Shown in pieces: positions 29,105 to 39,902 of a stretch of 64,000 nt of DNA. The notes below the pieces were generated by a model. It saw only the letters and a program-made list of their open reading frames with translations. It was not told the origin of the DNA and made no database searches. Position numbers and translations under genes: made by a program. The stretch covers positions 2,717-66,716 of the forward strand of contig JBAXIL010000004.1 of the NCBI GenBank assembly GCA_037138355.1, given 5' to 3'. This DNA comes from a bacterium (GTDB lineage: Bacteria > Oederibacteriota > PGYV01 > Palsa-1178). Position 1 is the stretch's first letter, and every line of letters begins with the position of its first letter.

Positions 29105-29869
29105 CTATAAAACCACATTATTTAAATCAAATATAGTGCCATCTTTACATACCCTTTGATATTCATTTGCATTACCCTTTCTTATCTCCACAACACAAGA
29201 AACGCAAGCCCCTATTCCACACCCCATATATTCTTCAAACGAAGCAAATACTTTAACCATATTTTTTTTGTCAGCAATTATTTTTATTGCCTTAAACATA
29301 GGTTTTGGACCACAAGTAAATATAATTGTATCCTCTTTCAGAATATCATTTAAAAGATTACTCACAAAACCTTTCTTACCCATAGAGCCATCATCTGTAG
29401 CAAACAAACCGTTGATTTTTTTAAATTCAATAGGAGCCAGCATTTGACTTTTATTTTTAGCCCCTTGTATTATAGTAAACTTAATTTTATTTGCTTTAAG
29501 ATATTGTGCCAAAAAATATACTGAAGCAGCCCCAGTTCCACCACCTATTAGTATTAAATTAGCATTAGGCTTTATTTGTTCTATATACGAATTGCCTAAA
29601 GGACCAATAAAATCCACGACATCATTTTTCTTTTTTTCTGTAAGTAATCGAGTCCCCTCGCCAATCACTTTATACACTATCTCCACATACTCATCGTAAG
29701 CATTAAATATCGAAAACGGTCTGCGTAATAGTGGTTGATATGTCTTTGTTATGAGAATGTTAATGAATTGGCCTGGTTTGGCCTTAATGTTCTTTCCCGT
29801 ATTAAGTTTTAATCGCCATAAATCAGATCCAATCTTTGTATTTGATACAACCTTTGATTTAATTCTCAT
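29105..29869 (-). CDS. pyrK: Dihydroorotate dehydrogenase electron transfer subunit
   Basis: FAD/NAD-binding domain plus the C-terminal 2Fe-2S Cys cluster CGIGACVSC. Start chosen at MRIKSKVV, with GGAGCGG 6 nt upstream. The ORF-track start is a TTG. Confidence 0.85.
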   Translation of the reverse strand: MRIKSKVVSNTKIGSDLWRLKLNTGKNIKAKPGQFINILITKTYQPLLRRPFSIFNAYDEYVEIVYKVIGEGTRLLTEKKKNDVVDFIGPLGNSYIEQIKPNANLILIGGGTGAASVYFLAQYLKANKIKFTIIQGAKNKSQMLAPIEFKKINGLFATDDGSMGKKGFVSNLLNDILKEDTIIFTCGPKPMFKAIKIIADKKNMVKVFASFEEYMGCGIGACVSCVVEIRKGNANEYQRVCKDGTIFDLNNVVL

Positions 29870-29895
29870 ATTTACCGCTCCAATCAATATATATT

Positions 29896-32800
29896 TTACT
29901 GTTTTTTATAATATTCTTGCAAAGATTTTACGCTTAAACCTTTTTTAATAACTGCTTCTATAGCAGCAACGACTGCCTGTGCCCCTGACATAGTTGTGGT
30001 ATAAGGCACGCCAGCAGAAATCGCCAAAGTCCTTATTTTATAGTCATCACTTTTAGGGCCTTTACCTACAGGAGTATTTATTATCAGATTCACTTTTCCG
30101 TTTTTAATAAGATCAAGTATTGTTGGAGCTTTTTCAAGAACCTTATTAACCTTATTAACCTTTATACCATAACGCCTTAAGGCATTTGCCGTACCTTCCG
30201 TGGCAACTATACCAAAACCCATATCTTCAAGTTTTTTTACTACAAAAACTATATCTCGTTTATCCTTATTTTTTACACTCACAAAAACATTTCCAGAAAG
30301 CGGAAGCTTTTGACCTGCTGCAATCTGTGCCTTATAATACGCCCTACCAAAATCCTCATCTATTCCCATAACTTCACCTGTGGACTTCATTTCAGGACCG
30401 AGCACAGTGTCCGCTCCAAGAAACTTGTTAAAAGGAAATACAGATTCTTTAACAGCAATATGTGGCAAATTAAGATTTTCTTTTATCTTGAGCATTTTGA
30501 TAGTTTTACCTGTCATTATTTTAGTGGCAATTTTCGCCCATGGTATTCCAGTCGCTTTAGAAACAAAAGGAATAGTCCTTGATGCGCGTGGATTTACTTC
30601 GAGGACATAAACCTGTTCATTACGAACAGCATATTGTACATTCATAAGTCCTTTCACTTTCAATTCTATAGCCATTTGGTAAGTGTATTGCCTTATTTTA
30701 TTTGTAGTATCTTGTCTTAAAGTAATTGCTGGAAGCACACAAGCAGAATCGCCAGAGTGTATCCCAGCTTCTTCTATATGCTCCATAATTCCGCATATCA
30801 CAGCTTCCTTTCCATCGCATACGCAATCCACATCAACTTCAATAGCATCTTCTAAGAACTTATCAATCAACACAGGATGCTTTTCCGATACAATAAAAGC
30901 TTCCTTAGCATACTTGACAAAAGTTTCATCATCATAAACTATTTCCATTGCCCTTCCGCCTAAAACATATGAAGGCCTAACCAGTGCTGGATAACCAATT
31001 CTGCGAATTATAACCCAGGCCTCTTTGAGAGAATATGCAGTTCCATTTTCAGGCCTATTTATATTTAATTTTGTGAGAATCTTATCAAATTTTTTCCGGT
31101 CTTCTGCTATATCTATAGACACAGGAGAAGTTCCAAGTATTTTTACTTTCTTTTCAAAAAGTGGCATAGCCAGTTTTAATGGGGTCTGTCCTCCAAACTG
31201 TGCTATAAACCCCGCCTCTTTACCTTCCTCCGCCGCAATGGACATAACATCTTCCATAGTCAATGGTTCAAAATATAACTTGTCAGAGGTATCATAATCC
31301 GTAGATACTGTCTCTGGATTACAATTAACCATAGAAACTTCGTACCCTTCTTCTCGCAGTGCATAAACACTATGTACACAGCAATAATCAAACTCTATGC
31401 CTTGTCCTATCCTGTTTGGTCCACCACCTAAAATAATTGCTTTTTTCTTTTTAGATACTGGATTTTCATTTTCCTGATCATAGGTTGAATACATATATGG
31501 AGTATATGTTTTAAACTCACTTGCGCAAGTATCTACCATTTTATAAACGGGCTTAATGTTGAGAGACAAACGCAGATTTCTGAACTGATCTTCAGTCATA
31601 TTAAATATTTTTCCAAGCTGAACATCAGAAAATCCGTACTGTTTTGATTTGTAAATTAGCGCCTTATAAGAAATAGCATTTGCCTTAGTTAACTTTTTCT
31701 TTTTTGAAGCAGTCTTTTTAAGTTCATTCTCGAAATCGAGTATCTCTCGTAAATTGTGCAAGAACCACGGATCTATTTTAGTCAAATCGAATAACTTTTT
31801 ATCTGTCATTCCTTTTTGCATAGCATATTTAATAAAATAAATACGCTGTGAATTTGGAACAGTCAGTTTATTTTCAAGCTGTTCTTTTGTAATGCTTTTT
31901 AAATCAGGATCTTTACCATCAGCTCCCCAGCCAGCCCTTCCCATTTCCATAGAACGCAGTGCTTTTTGCATTGCTTCCTTAAAAGTTCTGCCTATAGCCA
32001 TGACTTCACCAACAGATTTCATTTGAACTCCGAGTTCATCTTTGGCTTCTTTAAACTTTTCAAAAGTAAAGCGTGGCACTTTAACTACGACATAATCAAG
32101 CGTAGGTTCAAAAGATGCAGGAGTATATTTAGTAATGTCATTTGGTATTTCATCTAAAGTATAACCGACCGCAAGCTTCGCTGCTATTTTCGCTATAGGA
32201 AATCCTGTAGCCTTTGATGCGAGTGCCGAAGAACGAGAAACACGAGGATTCATTTCTATAACAATCATACGGCCATTTTTTGGATTTATAGCAAACTGCA
32301 CATTTGAACCACCTGTATCAACGCCTATTTCCCTCATTATAGCAATAGCAGCATCCCTCATAATCTGATATTCCCTATCTGTAAGAGTCTGAGCAGGGGC
32401 TACGGTTATCGAATCTCCCGTATGAACACCCATAGGATCAAAGTTTTCTATGGAACATATAATTACAACATTGTCTTTTAAATCGCGCATGACCTCAAGC
32501 TCATACTCTTTCCAACCGAGTACTGATTCTTCAAGCAACACTTTTGATATAGGAGAATCTTTTAAGCCCCTTGAAACTTTCTCCACATACTCTGATTTAT
32601 TATAAGCAATACCGCCACCTGTTCCACCTAAAGTAAATGCTGGCCTAATAATAATTGGGAACTTAATTCTTTTTGCTGTAGCCATAGCCTGCTTCATATT
32701 ACAGACATACTCACTCTTAGGTACATCCAAACCAATTTTTTCCATTGCTTTTTTAAACTCTTGCCTGTCTTCCGCCTTTTGTATTGACTTAAAATTAGCA

Positions 32801-33150
32801 CCTATTAATTCCACTTTGTATTTTTTATCAAGTCCTGCTTTTACAAAATCCATAGCGAGATTTAAAGCTGTCTGCCCACCTACTGTTGGAAGAATGGCAT
32901 CCGGACGCTCTTTTGCCACTATTTTTTCCAGCATTTCTACAGTTAAAGGTTCAATATATGTAGCATCTGCAAACTCTGGATCAGTCATAATGGTAGCAGG
33001 ATTTGAATTGATAAGTACCACCCTGTAACCTTCTTCTTTTAAAGCCTTACAAGCCTGAGTTCCAGAATAATCAAACTCGCAAGCCTGTCCTATAACTATT
33101 GGGCCCGACCCTATAAGTAGAATCGTTTTTATGTCTGTACGCTTTGGCAT
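29896..33150 (-). CDS. carB: Carbamoyl-phosphate synthase large subunit
   Basis: About 1084 aa. Two ATP-grasp halves plus the MGS-like domain. Start chosen at [18 protein letters not shown]. Confidence 0.95.
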   Translation of the reverse strand: MPKRTDIKTILLIGSGPIVIGQACEFDYSGTQACKALKEEGYRVVLINSNPATIMTDPEFADATYIEPLTVEMLEKIVAKERPDAILPTVGGQTALNLAMDFVKAGLDKKYKVELIGANFKSIQKAEDRQEFKKAMEKIGLDVPKSEYVCNMKQAMATAKRIKFPIIIRPAFTLGGTGGGIAYNKSEYVEKVSRGLKDSPISKVLLEESVLGWKEYELEVMRDLKDNVVIICSIENFDPMGVHTGDSITVAPAQTLTDREYQIMRDAAIAIMREIGVDTGGSNVQFAINPKNGRMIVIEMNPRVSRSSALASKATGFPIAKIAAKLAVGYTLDEIPNDITKYTPASFEPTLDYVVVKVPRFTFEKFKEAKDELGVQMKSVGEVMAIGRTFKEAMQKALRSMEMGRAGWGADGKDPDLKSITKEQLENKLTVPNSQRIYFIKYAMQKGMTDKKLFDLTKIDPWFLHNLREILDFENELKKTASKKKKLTKANAISYKALIYKSKQYGFSDVQLGKIFNMTEDQFRNLRLSLNIKPVYKMVDTCASEFKTYTPYMYSTYDQENENPVSKKKKAIILGGGPNRIGQGIEFDYCCVHSVYALREEGYEVSMVNCNPETVSTDYDTSDKLYFEPLTMEDVMSIAAEEGKEAGFIAQFGGQTPLKLAMPLFEKKVKILGTSPVSIDIAEDRKKFDKILTKLNINRPENGTAYSLKEAWVIIRRIGYPALVRPSYVLGGRAMEIVYDDETFVKYAKEAFIVSEKHPVLIDKFLEDAIEVDVDCVCDGKEAVICGIMEHIEEAGIHSGDSACVLPAITLRQDTTNKIRQYTYQMAIELKVKGLMNVQYAVRNEQVYVLEVNPRASRTIPFVSKATGIPWAKIATKIMTGKTIKMLKIKENLNLPHIAVKESVFPFNKFLGADTVLGPEMKSTGEVMGIDEDFGRAYYKAQIAAGQKLPLSGNVFVSVKNKDKRDIVFVVKKLEDMGFGIVATEGTANALRRYGIKVNKVNKVLEKAPTILDLIKNGKVNLIINTPVGKGPKSDDYKIRTLAISAGVPYTTTMSGAQAVVAAIEAVIKKGLSVKSLQEYYKKQ

Positions 33151-33239
33151 CTTAAATCTCCTTTTCATATTTCTATTTGTTAGTCATTTTGAAAAACCCA
33201 ATGAAACATTTAAAAACAATCTATAAATATAATTTATTA

Positions 33240-34379
33240 CTACTTCATATTTTTAATAAATTTATTAAATATATATCTGGCATCATGCGGTCCGGCTGAA
33301 GCTTCTGGATGATGTTGTATTGAAAAAGCCTTAATTTTTTTAACTTCAAGCCCTTCTACTGTCTGGTCGTTTAAGTTTATGTGTGTAATATCCACTTTAT
33401 GCTTTGATTTTTTAAATGATTTTTGGTCAACTGCATAACCATGATTTTGAACAGTTATATCTATTTTTCTTGTATTCATTTCCATAACTGGGTGATTGGC
33501 GCCCCTGTGTCCGAATTTTAATTTGTATGTTTTGCCACCAAGAGCTTGACCTAATAGCTGATGTCCAAAACAAATTCCAAATATAGGTTTTTTACCCAGT
33601 AACTTTTTAATTTCTGCAACTATGTAAGGCACCGCGGAAGGATCGCCTGGACCATTTGAAATAAATATACCATCAGGTTTCAATTGTAAAATTTCTTCAG
33701 CAGTTGCGGTTATTGGAACCACTGTGACATTACAATTTAAATCTGCGAGTATTCTTAATATATTATGTTTGATGCCACAGTCAATGGCCACAACTTTGTA
33801 TTTTTTTGTATTTTTTCCAACACATACATATTTTCGCTCATATTTAAGCATGCCAACTTCTTTTAATTTTTCCGTCCACTTATATGGCTTAGTTGTAGAA
33901 ACCTCTTTTGCTAAATCAATACCGTTAATTGACTGAGATGCCTTAACTTTTTTTAACAAGGACTTCAAGTTATAATCTTCCGTGGAAAGCACTGATTTCA
34001 TTGCTCCAAAGTCCCTAATGTGACGCGTCAAAGCCCTTGTATCTATTCCTTCTATAGCCACAATTTTATTATGTTTAAGGTAATTTACTAAACTCATATC
34101 AGAACGCCAGTTAGAATTAATCTTACTGATTTCTTTCATTACAAAACCTTCCACCTGCACTTCTTTAGATTCAATATCATTCACATTAATTCCATAATTT
34201 CCAATTTCTGTATATGTCATAGTGACTATCTGTCCTTTATATGATGGGTCAGTGAGAATTTCTTGATATCCTGTCATAGATGTATTGAAAACTATTTCCC
34301 CAAAGGTTTCACCGTCATAACCAGCTGATAGGCCTTCATAATATGTTCCGTCTTCCAGCATTAGTATTGCTTTTTTCAT
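33240..34379 (-). CDS. carA: Carbamoyl-phosphate synthase small subunit (glutamine amidotransferase)
   Basis: 379 aa. Class I GATase with the Cys-His-Glu triad region (GICFGHQ). Confidence 0.93.
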   Translation of the reverse strand: MKKAILMLEDGTYYEGLSAGYDGETFGEIVFNTSMTGYQEILTDPSYKGQIVTMTYTEIGNYGINVNDIESKEVQVEGFVMKEISKINSNWRSDMSLVNYLKHNKIVAIEGIDTRALTRHIRDFGAMKSVLSTEDYNLKSLLKKVKASQSINGIDLAKEVSTTKPYKWTEKLKEVGMLKYERKYVCVGKNTKKYKVVAIDCGIKHNILRILADLNCNVTVVPITATAEEILQLKPDGIFISNGPGDPSAVPYIVAEIKKLLGKKPIFGICFGHQLLGQALGGKTYKLKFGHRGANHPVMEMNTRKIDITVQNHGYAVDQKSFKKSKHKVDITHINLNDQTVEGLEVKKIKAFSIQHHPEASAGPHDARYIFNKFIKNMK

Positions 34380-34418
34380 TTAAACACTCCTTTTAGAATA
34401 ATTCTGTCAGCGAATCTG

Positions 34419-35696
34419 TTACTTATTTTCGTAAACTATCTTTCCTGATTTTAAAACAATTTCTATACTTCCTTTTAATTTGCTTCCTATAAAAGGCGAG
34501 TTAGAAGAACGAGAACCAAAAAACTCTTCAGTTATCACAACTTCTTTTTTTATGTCTGCTATTACTATATCTGCCTCAGCGCCTACGCTAAGAGTTCCTT
34601 TTTCTAAGTTTAATATTTTTGCTGGATTTATAGTTATTTTTTTAACCGCTTCAGACAAAGTCAGAAAACCTTTGTTAACAAGCTCAGTTATGATAAGAGG
34701 AAACGCAGTCTCTAATCCGATAATACCTGAAGCCGCCTGAATCCACTCCACATCTTTATCAAGTTCAGCATGCGGAGCGTGGTCCGTAGCGATGACATCT
34801 ATGGTTCCGTCTTTTAAACCTTTCTTCATAGCCAAAACATCTGCCTTCGAGCGTAAAGGCGGATTCATTTTATAATTTGTATCATAGTTAACAAGGGCAG
34901 AATCATCAAGAGTAAAATGATGCGGAGTAACTTCTGCTGTTACATTGATTCCCTGTTTTTTTGCCCATCTTAGGAGTTCAATAGCACCTGCTGTTGACAA
35001 GTGCGCTAAGTGAAGTCTTCCACCTGTATCTTTTGCAATCATAATATCACGCGCAACTATTGATTCTTCGGCTGATGCTGGTATGCCCTTTAAGCCGAGC
35101 ATAGTTCCAAAATAACCTTCGTTTACAGTATTATCACCTGCTAAGTTCACATCTTCACAATGTTCGATAAGAGGCATTCCAAACATTTTACAATATTGCA
35201 AAGCTCGCCTAACGATTTCTGCATTCATAACTGTACCGCCATCGTCAGATATTGCGACTGCTCCTGCTTTAAAAAGTTCACCGATTGGAGCAAGCTCCAG
35301 TCCCGCCCTGCCTTTTGTTATTGTACCTATTGCTTTTACATCAATTAATCCAACCTGCTTTGATTTCATATTTATGAATTCCACCATAGCCTGATTGTCA
35401 ATCGGAGGATCAGTATTTGGCATACATGCTACTGTAGTAAAACCGCCTTTTGCAGCAGCACGCGAACCAGACTCTATGGTTTCTTTATATTCAAAGCCAG
35501 GTTCGCGAAAATGCACATGCATATCTATAAATCCAGGAAGAACAAAAAGCCCTGACGCATCTATCACTTTAGCATCTTTGCTGTTTATGGACTTTGATAC
35601 CTGCTCTATCTTGCCATTATTAATTAGAATATCTGCCTTTTCTTCTTTTTTATTTGCCGGATCAACAACCGTACCATTTTTAATTAATAATTTCAT
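34419..35696 (-). CDS. pyrC: Dihydroorotase
   Basis: 425 aa amidohydrolase. HxH, and a DxHVHxR-like motif (DMHVHFREPG). Confidence 0.92.
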   Translation of the reverse strand: MKLLIKNGTVVDPANKKEEKADILINNGKIEQVSKSINSKDAKVIDASGLFVLPGFIDMHVHFREPGFEYKETIESGSRAAAKGGFTTVACMPNTDPPIDNQAMVEFINMKSKQVGLIDVKAIGTITKGRAGLELAPIGELFKAGAVAISDDGGTVMNAEIVRRALQYCKMFGMPLIEHCEDVNLAGDNTVNEGYFGTMLGLKGIPASAEESIVARDIMIAKDTGGRLHLAHLSTAGAIELLRWAKKQGINVTAEVTPHHFTLDDSALVNYDTNYKMNPPLRSKADVLAMKKGLKDGTIDVIATDHAPHAELDKDVEWIQAASGIIGLETAFPLIITELVNKGFLTLSEAVKKITINPAKILNLEKGTLSVGAEADIVIADIKKEVVITEEFFGSRSSNSPFIGSKLKGSIEIVLKSGKIVYENK

Positions 35697-36612
35697 TTGC
35701 TTTGCCTCCTCCCATAAGATACAAGACCGCCATTCTTACAGCCACACCGTTTGTTACCTGTTCTTCTATAACCGACTGAGCACCATCAGCCACATTTGGA
35801 GATATTTCAATACCACGATTCATTGGACCAGGATGCATAACCAAACAATCGCTTTTAGCAGCTTTTAATTTTGTAGTATTGACACCAAACAACATTGCAT
35901 ATTCTCTAATCGTCGGAAAAAGATGTTTCTTCATTCTTTCAAGCTGTATTCTCAATATGTTAATAACATCTGCACCTTTAATACCTTTCTCAAGATCATT
36001 ATAAACTTCAACACCCATTTTTTCTATGTCACGAGGAATAAGTGTCGTAGGTCCAACCACGCGAACTTTCGCGCCCATTTTAATCAATCCCCAAATATTT
36101 GAGCGAGCCACACGAGAGTGAGCTATATCACCTATAAGAGCGACTGTTAAACCTTCCAATCTTTTTTTCTTATCAAGTATCGTAAACATATCAAGAAGTC
36201 CTTGAGTTGGATGTTCGTGCATTCCATCTCCCGCATTTATAACATTGGATGATATATTTTTTGTAAGCATATGTGGAACTCCAGAGACGCCATGCCTTAT
36301 AACTACCATATCTATTTTCATTGCCTCTATGGTTCTTATTGTATCTATCAGTGTTTCTCCTTTAGTAACAGAAGAAGTAGATATCGCAAGATTTAATACA
36401 TCCGCAGATAATCTTTTGGCAGCAATTTCAAAAGAAGTTTTTGTTCTTGTGGAGTTTTCGAAAAAGAAATTTGCAACTGTCTTTCCTTTTAAGATTGGAA
36501 CCTTTTTTATATTTCTTTGATTAACTTCTTTAAAAGTTTTGGCAAGTGTTAATATTTCCGTGATTTGTTCGGCAGAAATATCCTGGAGTGCAATCAAATG
36601 CTTCAATGTCAT
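35680..36612 (-). CDS. pyrB: Aspartate carbamoyltransferase catalytic subunit
   Basis: STRTR and HPxQ motifs. Start chosen at MTLKHLIALQDIS, immediately after the pyrR stop. Confidence 0.92.
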   Translation of the reverse strand: MTLKHLIALQDISAEQITEILTLAKTFKEVNQRNIKKVPILKGKTVANFFFENSTRTKTSFEIAAKRLSADVLNLAISTSSVTKGETLIDTIRTIEAMKIDMVVIRHGVSGVPHMLTKNISSNVINAGDGMHEHPTQGLLDMFTILDKKKRLEGLTVALIGDIAHSRVARSNIWGLIKMGAKVRVVGPTTLIPRDIEKMGVEVYNDLEKGIKGADVINILRIQLERMKKHLFPTIREYAMLFGVNTTKLKAAKSDCLVMHPGPMNRGIEISPNVADGAQSVIEEQVTNGVAVRMAVLYLMGGGKANEIIN

Positions 36613-36613
36613 A

Positions 36614-37168
36614 TTACGCCTCCTTTTCGGCAAGAAGAACTTTTTCTTCACCATCTAATTCTTGAAGTTTTAATACTATCATTTCTTCCTTACTGGTAGG
36701 AACATTTTTACCAACATAATTTGCCTGTATAGGTAGCTCTCTGTGACCACGATCAATAAGTACCGCAAGTTGAATAGTTTTTGGCCTACCAAACTCTATA
36801 ATTACATCCATAGCAGCTCTTGTAGAACGACCAGTATATAAAACATCGTCCACAAGCACTATATCTTTACCATCTATAGACATAGGAAGTTCAGTTGACT
36901 TTACTTCCGCTTTTGTCACACGATCATAGTCATCACGATAGAAAGTTATGTCCACGGCACCTACAGGCACCTTAACATTTTCAATTTCGTTTATTTTGTC
37001 AGCAATTCGCAGAGCCAAAATATCTCCACGCGAGCGTATGCCAACAATTATTAGCTTATCCGCTCCTTTATTTTTTTCGATAATCTCATGGGCAATGCGT
37101 GTAATAGCACGGGAAATAGAAGGTTTATCTAAGATTTCACTCTTTATTCTAATATTTTTTTCCAATTC
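36614..37168 (-). CDS. pyrR: Bifunctional pyr operon attenuation regulator / uracil phosphoribosyltransferase PyrR
   Basis: PRTase fold. [17 protein letters not shown]-binding region and a [16 protein letters not shown] motif. Start proposed at TTG (37166-37168), preceded by GGAGG at a 6-nt spacing. The ATG at 37201 lacks an SD. Confidence 0.85.
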   Translation of the reverse strand, partial: ELEKNIRIKSEILDKPSISRAITRIAHEIIEKNKGADKLIIVGIRSRGDILALRIADKINEIENVKVPVGAVDITFYRDDYDRVTKAEVKSTELPMSIDGKDIVLVDDVLYTGRSTRAAMDVIIEFGRPKTIQLAVLIDRGHRELPIQANYVGKNVPTSKEEMIVLKLQELDGEEKVLLAEKEA

Positions 37169-37201
37169 TTTCCTCCGGTTTTGGCAGGCGCGACATTGCA
37201 T

Positions 37202-37412
37202 ATTACAGGAAGAGTGTTCTATCCGCCTTAATTACTACCTCTGCGGATATTATTTATAGCAGGGCTATAAATAACAAAACCTTCTTCCTGCGGACATGCA
37301 GTAAGAAGGCATAATATTACATGCTCCTTACCAGCCTCGCAGGGCCAGTTTAAAGGATCAAGTGCTTTTCTGTTGCTTTAATAAGATACAACTTTTATTT
37401 ATAAAAGTCAAT
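37202..37412 (-). promoter_or_regulatory. pyr operon leader: promoter, PyrR-binding-loop-like motifs, antiterminator and terminator hairpins (transcription attenuator)
   Basis: On the minus strand: TTGACT (plus 37407-37412), 18-nt spacer, TATCTT (plus 37383-37388). Leader contains CCCUGCGAGGCUGGUAAGG (plus 37331-37344), which resembles the PyrR binding-loop consensus UCCNGNGAGGYU. Terminator hairpin CCUUCUUACUGCAUGUCCGCAGGAAGAAGG (plus 37280-37309) followed by UUUUGUUAUUU. A second hairpin AUCCGCAGAGGUAGUAAUUAAGGCGGAU lies at plus 37221-37248. Confidence 0.6.
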
Positions 37413-37425
37413 ATATTTTACCAGA

Positions 37426-37455
37426 AATAAAAAAGGGCGGCTTTTAAGCCGCCCC
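37426..37455 (-). terminator. Rho-independent terminator ending the GT-C/GT2/UPF0104/PPIase operon
   Basis: GC stem GGGCGGC/GCCGCCC (37435-37441 and 37448-37454) with a 6-nt loop. On the minus strand it is followed by TTTTTTATT. It lies 19 nt after the PPIase stop. Confidence 0.7.
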
Positions 37456-37473
37456 AATAAACAATAAAACTAT

Positions 37474-38040
37474 TTATTTATATTCTATGTATACCTTTTT
37501 CATTTTATCGCCTATCTTAATTTTATGCACTACATCCAGTCCTTCTATTACTTGTCCAAAAACAGTATATTTTCCATCCAAAAATGGTACTGCTGCTAAA
37601 CAAATATAAAACTGACTTCCAGCAGAATCTGGATCATTAGAACGCGCCATAGCCACAGTACCATCTAAGTGTGGATTCTTATTAAATTCAGCTTTAATAT
37701 TGTATCCTGGTCCGCCAGTGCCATTACCTGATGGATCTCCACCCTGAATTACGAAATTCGGTTCAACCCTGTGAAAAGTCAGACCATCATAAAATTTCGC
37801 AACTGCAAGCTTAATAAAGTTTTCACATGTGCCTGGAGCATCTGCTGTAAAAAATCTAAACTTGATTACTCCCTTGTTTGTTTCTAAAACTGCTATAGGT
37901 TCTGTTACAGGTTTTACTGTTTTACTATCTTTTTTTGCTGCAGCCACATCTGTCACCTCTCCATTTTTACTTTCACAATTTACTCCCATTGCCACGAATA
38001 AAATAAGCACTAAAAAAACAGCAGTTAAAAGCTTCTTCAT
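37474..38040 (-). CDS. Secreted cyclophilin-type peptidyl-prolyl cis-trans isomerase
   Basis: 188 aa. Signal peptide, then a cyclophilin domain ([31 protein letters not shown]). Confidence 0.88.
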   Translation of the reverse strand: MKKLLTAVFLVLILFVAMGVNCESKNGEVTDVAAAKKDSKTVKPVTEPIAVLETNKGVIKFRFFTADAPGTCENFIKLAVAKFYDGLTFHRVEPNFVIQGGDPSGNGTGGPGYNIKAEFNKNPHLDGTVAMARSNDPDSAGSQFYICLAAVPFLDGKYTVFGQVIEGLDVVHKIKIGDKMKKVYIEYK

Positions 38041-39089
38041 TTTGCGCTTTCCTCCTTTTCTTTTTCATTCAATATTTTTTTAAAGGACAATCCTTCAGTA
38101 AACATAAAAATCAGGCCTAATACTATTATAGGAAACAATATCATAGCATGGACAATAAATACATAAGCTGCTGCTTCTTCCTTTGGATAAGCAAACAAGA
38201 GCATGATAGCCACTCCAAAAAATTCAAAAGGTCCTATTCCCCCAGAGGTTGAAGGAACCATAATAGCGAAATTCGCCACAGCCATAATAAGACAAATCAA
38301 TAAGAAGTTAATCTGGATGCCCATGGCATAACCGAGCAACCAGTAAGTAAAAGCCTCAACTGTCCAGGCAAACAAAGAAAGTCCAAAAACATTCAAAACA
38401 TCCTTCAAACTACCAAGTACTCCAAGTCCATTAATAAATGTATCTATAAACCCAACAGTTTTCTCACGAAGCTTTGCTGGAAAAACTTTTAGTATGGTGT
38501 GAATAAACTTAACCGTATTTTCTCTTTTATAAAGTAGTAAAAGCATAAAAATAAAAATGCCAATAAATACAAGACTACCTAAAACAGCAAATACCAAAAC
38601 TGCATCTTTTACGCCAAAAGTTTTTCCAAAAATACTTATCGGATCCCCTGCGGCTTGCTTTGTTATATAATGAAAAGCCATATATCCAATAATAAAATAA
38701 AAAATCATTACAAGACCGTCAAAAACCCTTTCTATTACAACTGTTGCAAATGTAGATGATTTGGAGACACCTTTTTTATTTCCAGTCATATATGCCCTGA
38801 TAAACTCTCCAGCGCGAGCAGGCAACACATTATTGAACATAAAACCCATTACGAGATAAGGGAAAAGTTCCGCAGCAGTAAACGGTTTAATGTGTTTAAG
38901 CAAATGCCGCCAGCGTTCTGCCCTTATGTAATATCCCCCTATATATAATATTATCGTTCCAGATAATATCCAGATATTAATATGACTAACAATACTGAAC
39001 AATTCATTATATTTAATTCCATTTAGAACGAAGATGAGACAAACTATGGTGACAACAATCCCAAACCAAAAAATAAGTTTTTTAAGCAC
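38037..39089 (-). CDS. UPF0104 / LPG-synthase-TM-like (flippase-like) integral membrane protein
   Basis: 350 aa with about 8 TM helices. Shows the PF03706-type flippase-like topology. Overlaps the PPIase start by 4 nt. Confidence 0.65.
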   Translation of the reverse strand: MLKKLIFWFGIVVTIVCLIFVLNGIKYNELFSIVSHINIWILSGTIILYIGGYYIRAERWRHLLKHIKPFTAAELFPYLVMGFMFNNVLPARAGEFIRAYMTGNKKGVSKSSTFATVVIERVFDGLVMIFYFIIGYMAFHYITKQAAGDPISIFGKTFGVKDAVLVFAVLGSLVFIGIFIFMLLLLYKRENTVKFIHTILKVFPAKLREKTVGFIDTFINGLGVLGSLKDVLNVFGLSLFAWTVEAFTYWLLGYAMGIQINFLLICLIMAVANFAIMVPSTSGGIGPFEFFGVAIMLLFAYPKEEAAAYVFIVHAMILFPIIVLGLIFMFTEGLSFKKILNEKEKEESAK

Positions 39090-39902
39090 TTATTTACCAC
39101 CTTTATTTATTTCTTTAATATAGAAAGGACTTATTACATCAAAGAGTTTTTTAGAAAACTTACTGTATTTTCTAATTCCCCACTTATGAAGCAAAAACTG
39201 AAACATAACTTTAAGAGTAGCCAAACCATATTGAGCCGACCTAAAAAAGTTTATTGAGGAGGCTTCTTTGAAATATCTTGTTGGCACCGGTACTTCGCTT
39301 GACTTAAATCCGTTCATTTCCACTTGAGCGATTACTTCAGTATCAAAAACAAAATCATCAGAGTTCAAAGTAAAAGGAATTGTAAGCAAAAGTTTTCTGC
39401 TGTAAGCCCTAAAACCAGTATGTAATTCAGAATAATGTTTTCCAAAACATTCGTTTTCAACAAAAGTCAAAAACTTATTTGACATATATTTATACAAAGG
39501 CATGCCACCACGCAAGGCACCCTCTCCTAACATTCTTGAGCCAAGCACAAAATCTGCGTGCCCATTTAAAATAGGAGAAATCATTTCAGGTATAAGACTG
39601 GAATCATATTGATTGTCTGGATGAAGCATGACAATTATATCAGCTCCTTCCTTCAAGGCCTCTATATAACAAGTTTTCTGGTTTCCACCATAACCCTTAT
39701 TTTGTATATGTACTATAGTTTTAATCCCGAGCTGTTTTGCTACTAAGACAGTCTCATCTTTAGATACATCATCTACTAAAATAATCTTATCTACAACACC
39801 TCGGGGAATATCCCTATATGTTTTCTCTAAAGTTTTAGCCGCATTATATGCGGGCATGACCACTATTACTTTTGCTTTTTTACTGCGGGGTAAGGACTTC
39901 AC
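39090..39902 (-). CDS. GT2 polyprenyl-phosphate sugar synthase (Dpm1/GtrB/ArnC-like glycosyltransferase)
   Basis: VMPAYNAAKTL, DDVSKDET and GSRMLGEGALRGG motifs of the Dpm1-like GT2 family. Start proposed at GTG (39900-39902), 9 nt after GAGGAGG. Confidence 0.8.
   Translation of the reverse strand: MKSLPRSKKAKVIVVMPAYNAAKTLEKTYRDIPRGVVDKIILVDDVSKDETVLVAKQLGIKTIVHIQNKGYGGNQKTCYIEALKEGADIIVMLHPDNQYDSSLIPEMISPILNGHADFVLGSRMLGEGALRGGMPLYKYMSNKFLTFVENECFGKHYSELHTGFRAYSRKLLLTIPFTLNSDDFVFDTEVIAQVEMNGFKSSEVPVPTRYFKEASSINFFRSAQYGLATLKVMFQFLLHKWGIRKYSKFSKKLFDVISPFYIKEINKGGK

Noticed and set aside
35395-35868. 157-aa plus-strand ORF antisense to pyrC/pyrB
   Set aside because: Embedded in two conserved genes, with no RBS.
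37199-37201. ATG at 37201 as the pyrR start
   Set aside because: No SD. It would add 11 residues ahead of the TTG-encoded position, unlike the short N-terminus of PyrR family members. The downstream TTG with GGAGG at 6-nt spacing fits better.
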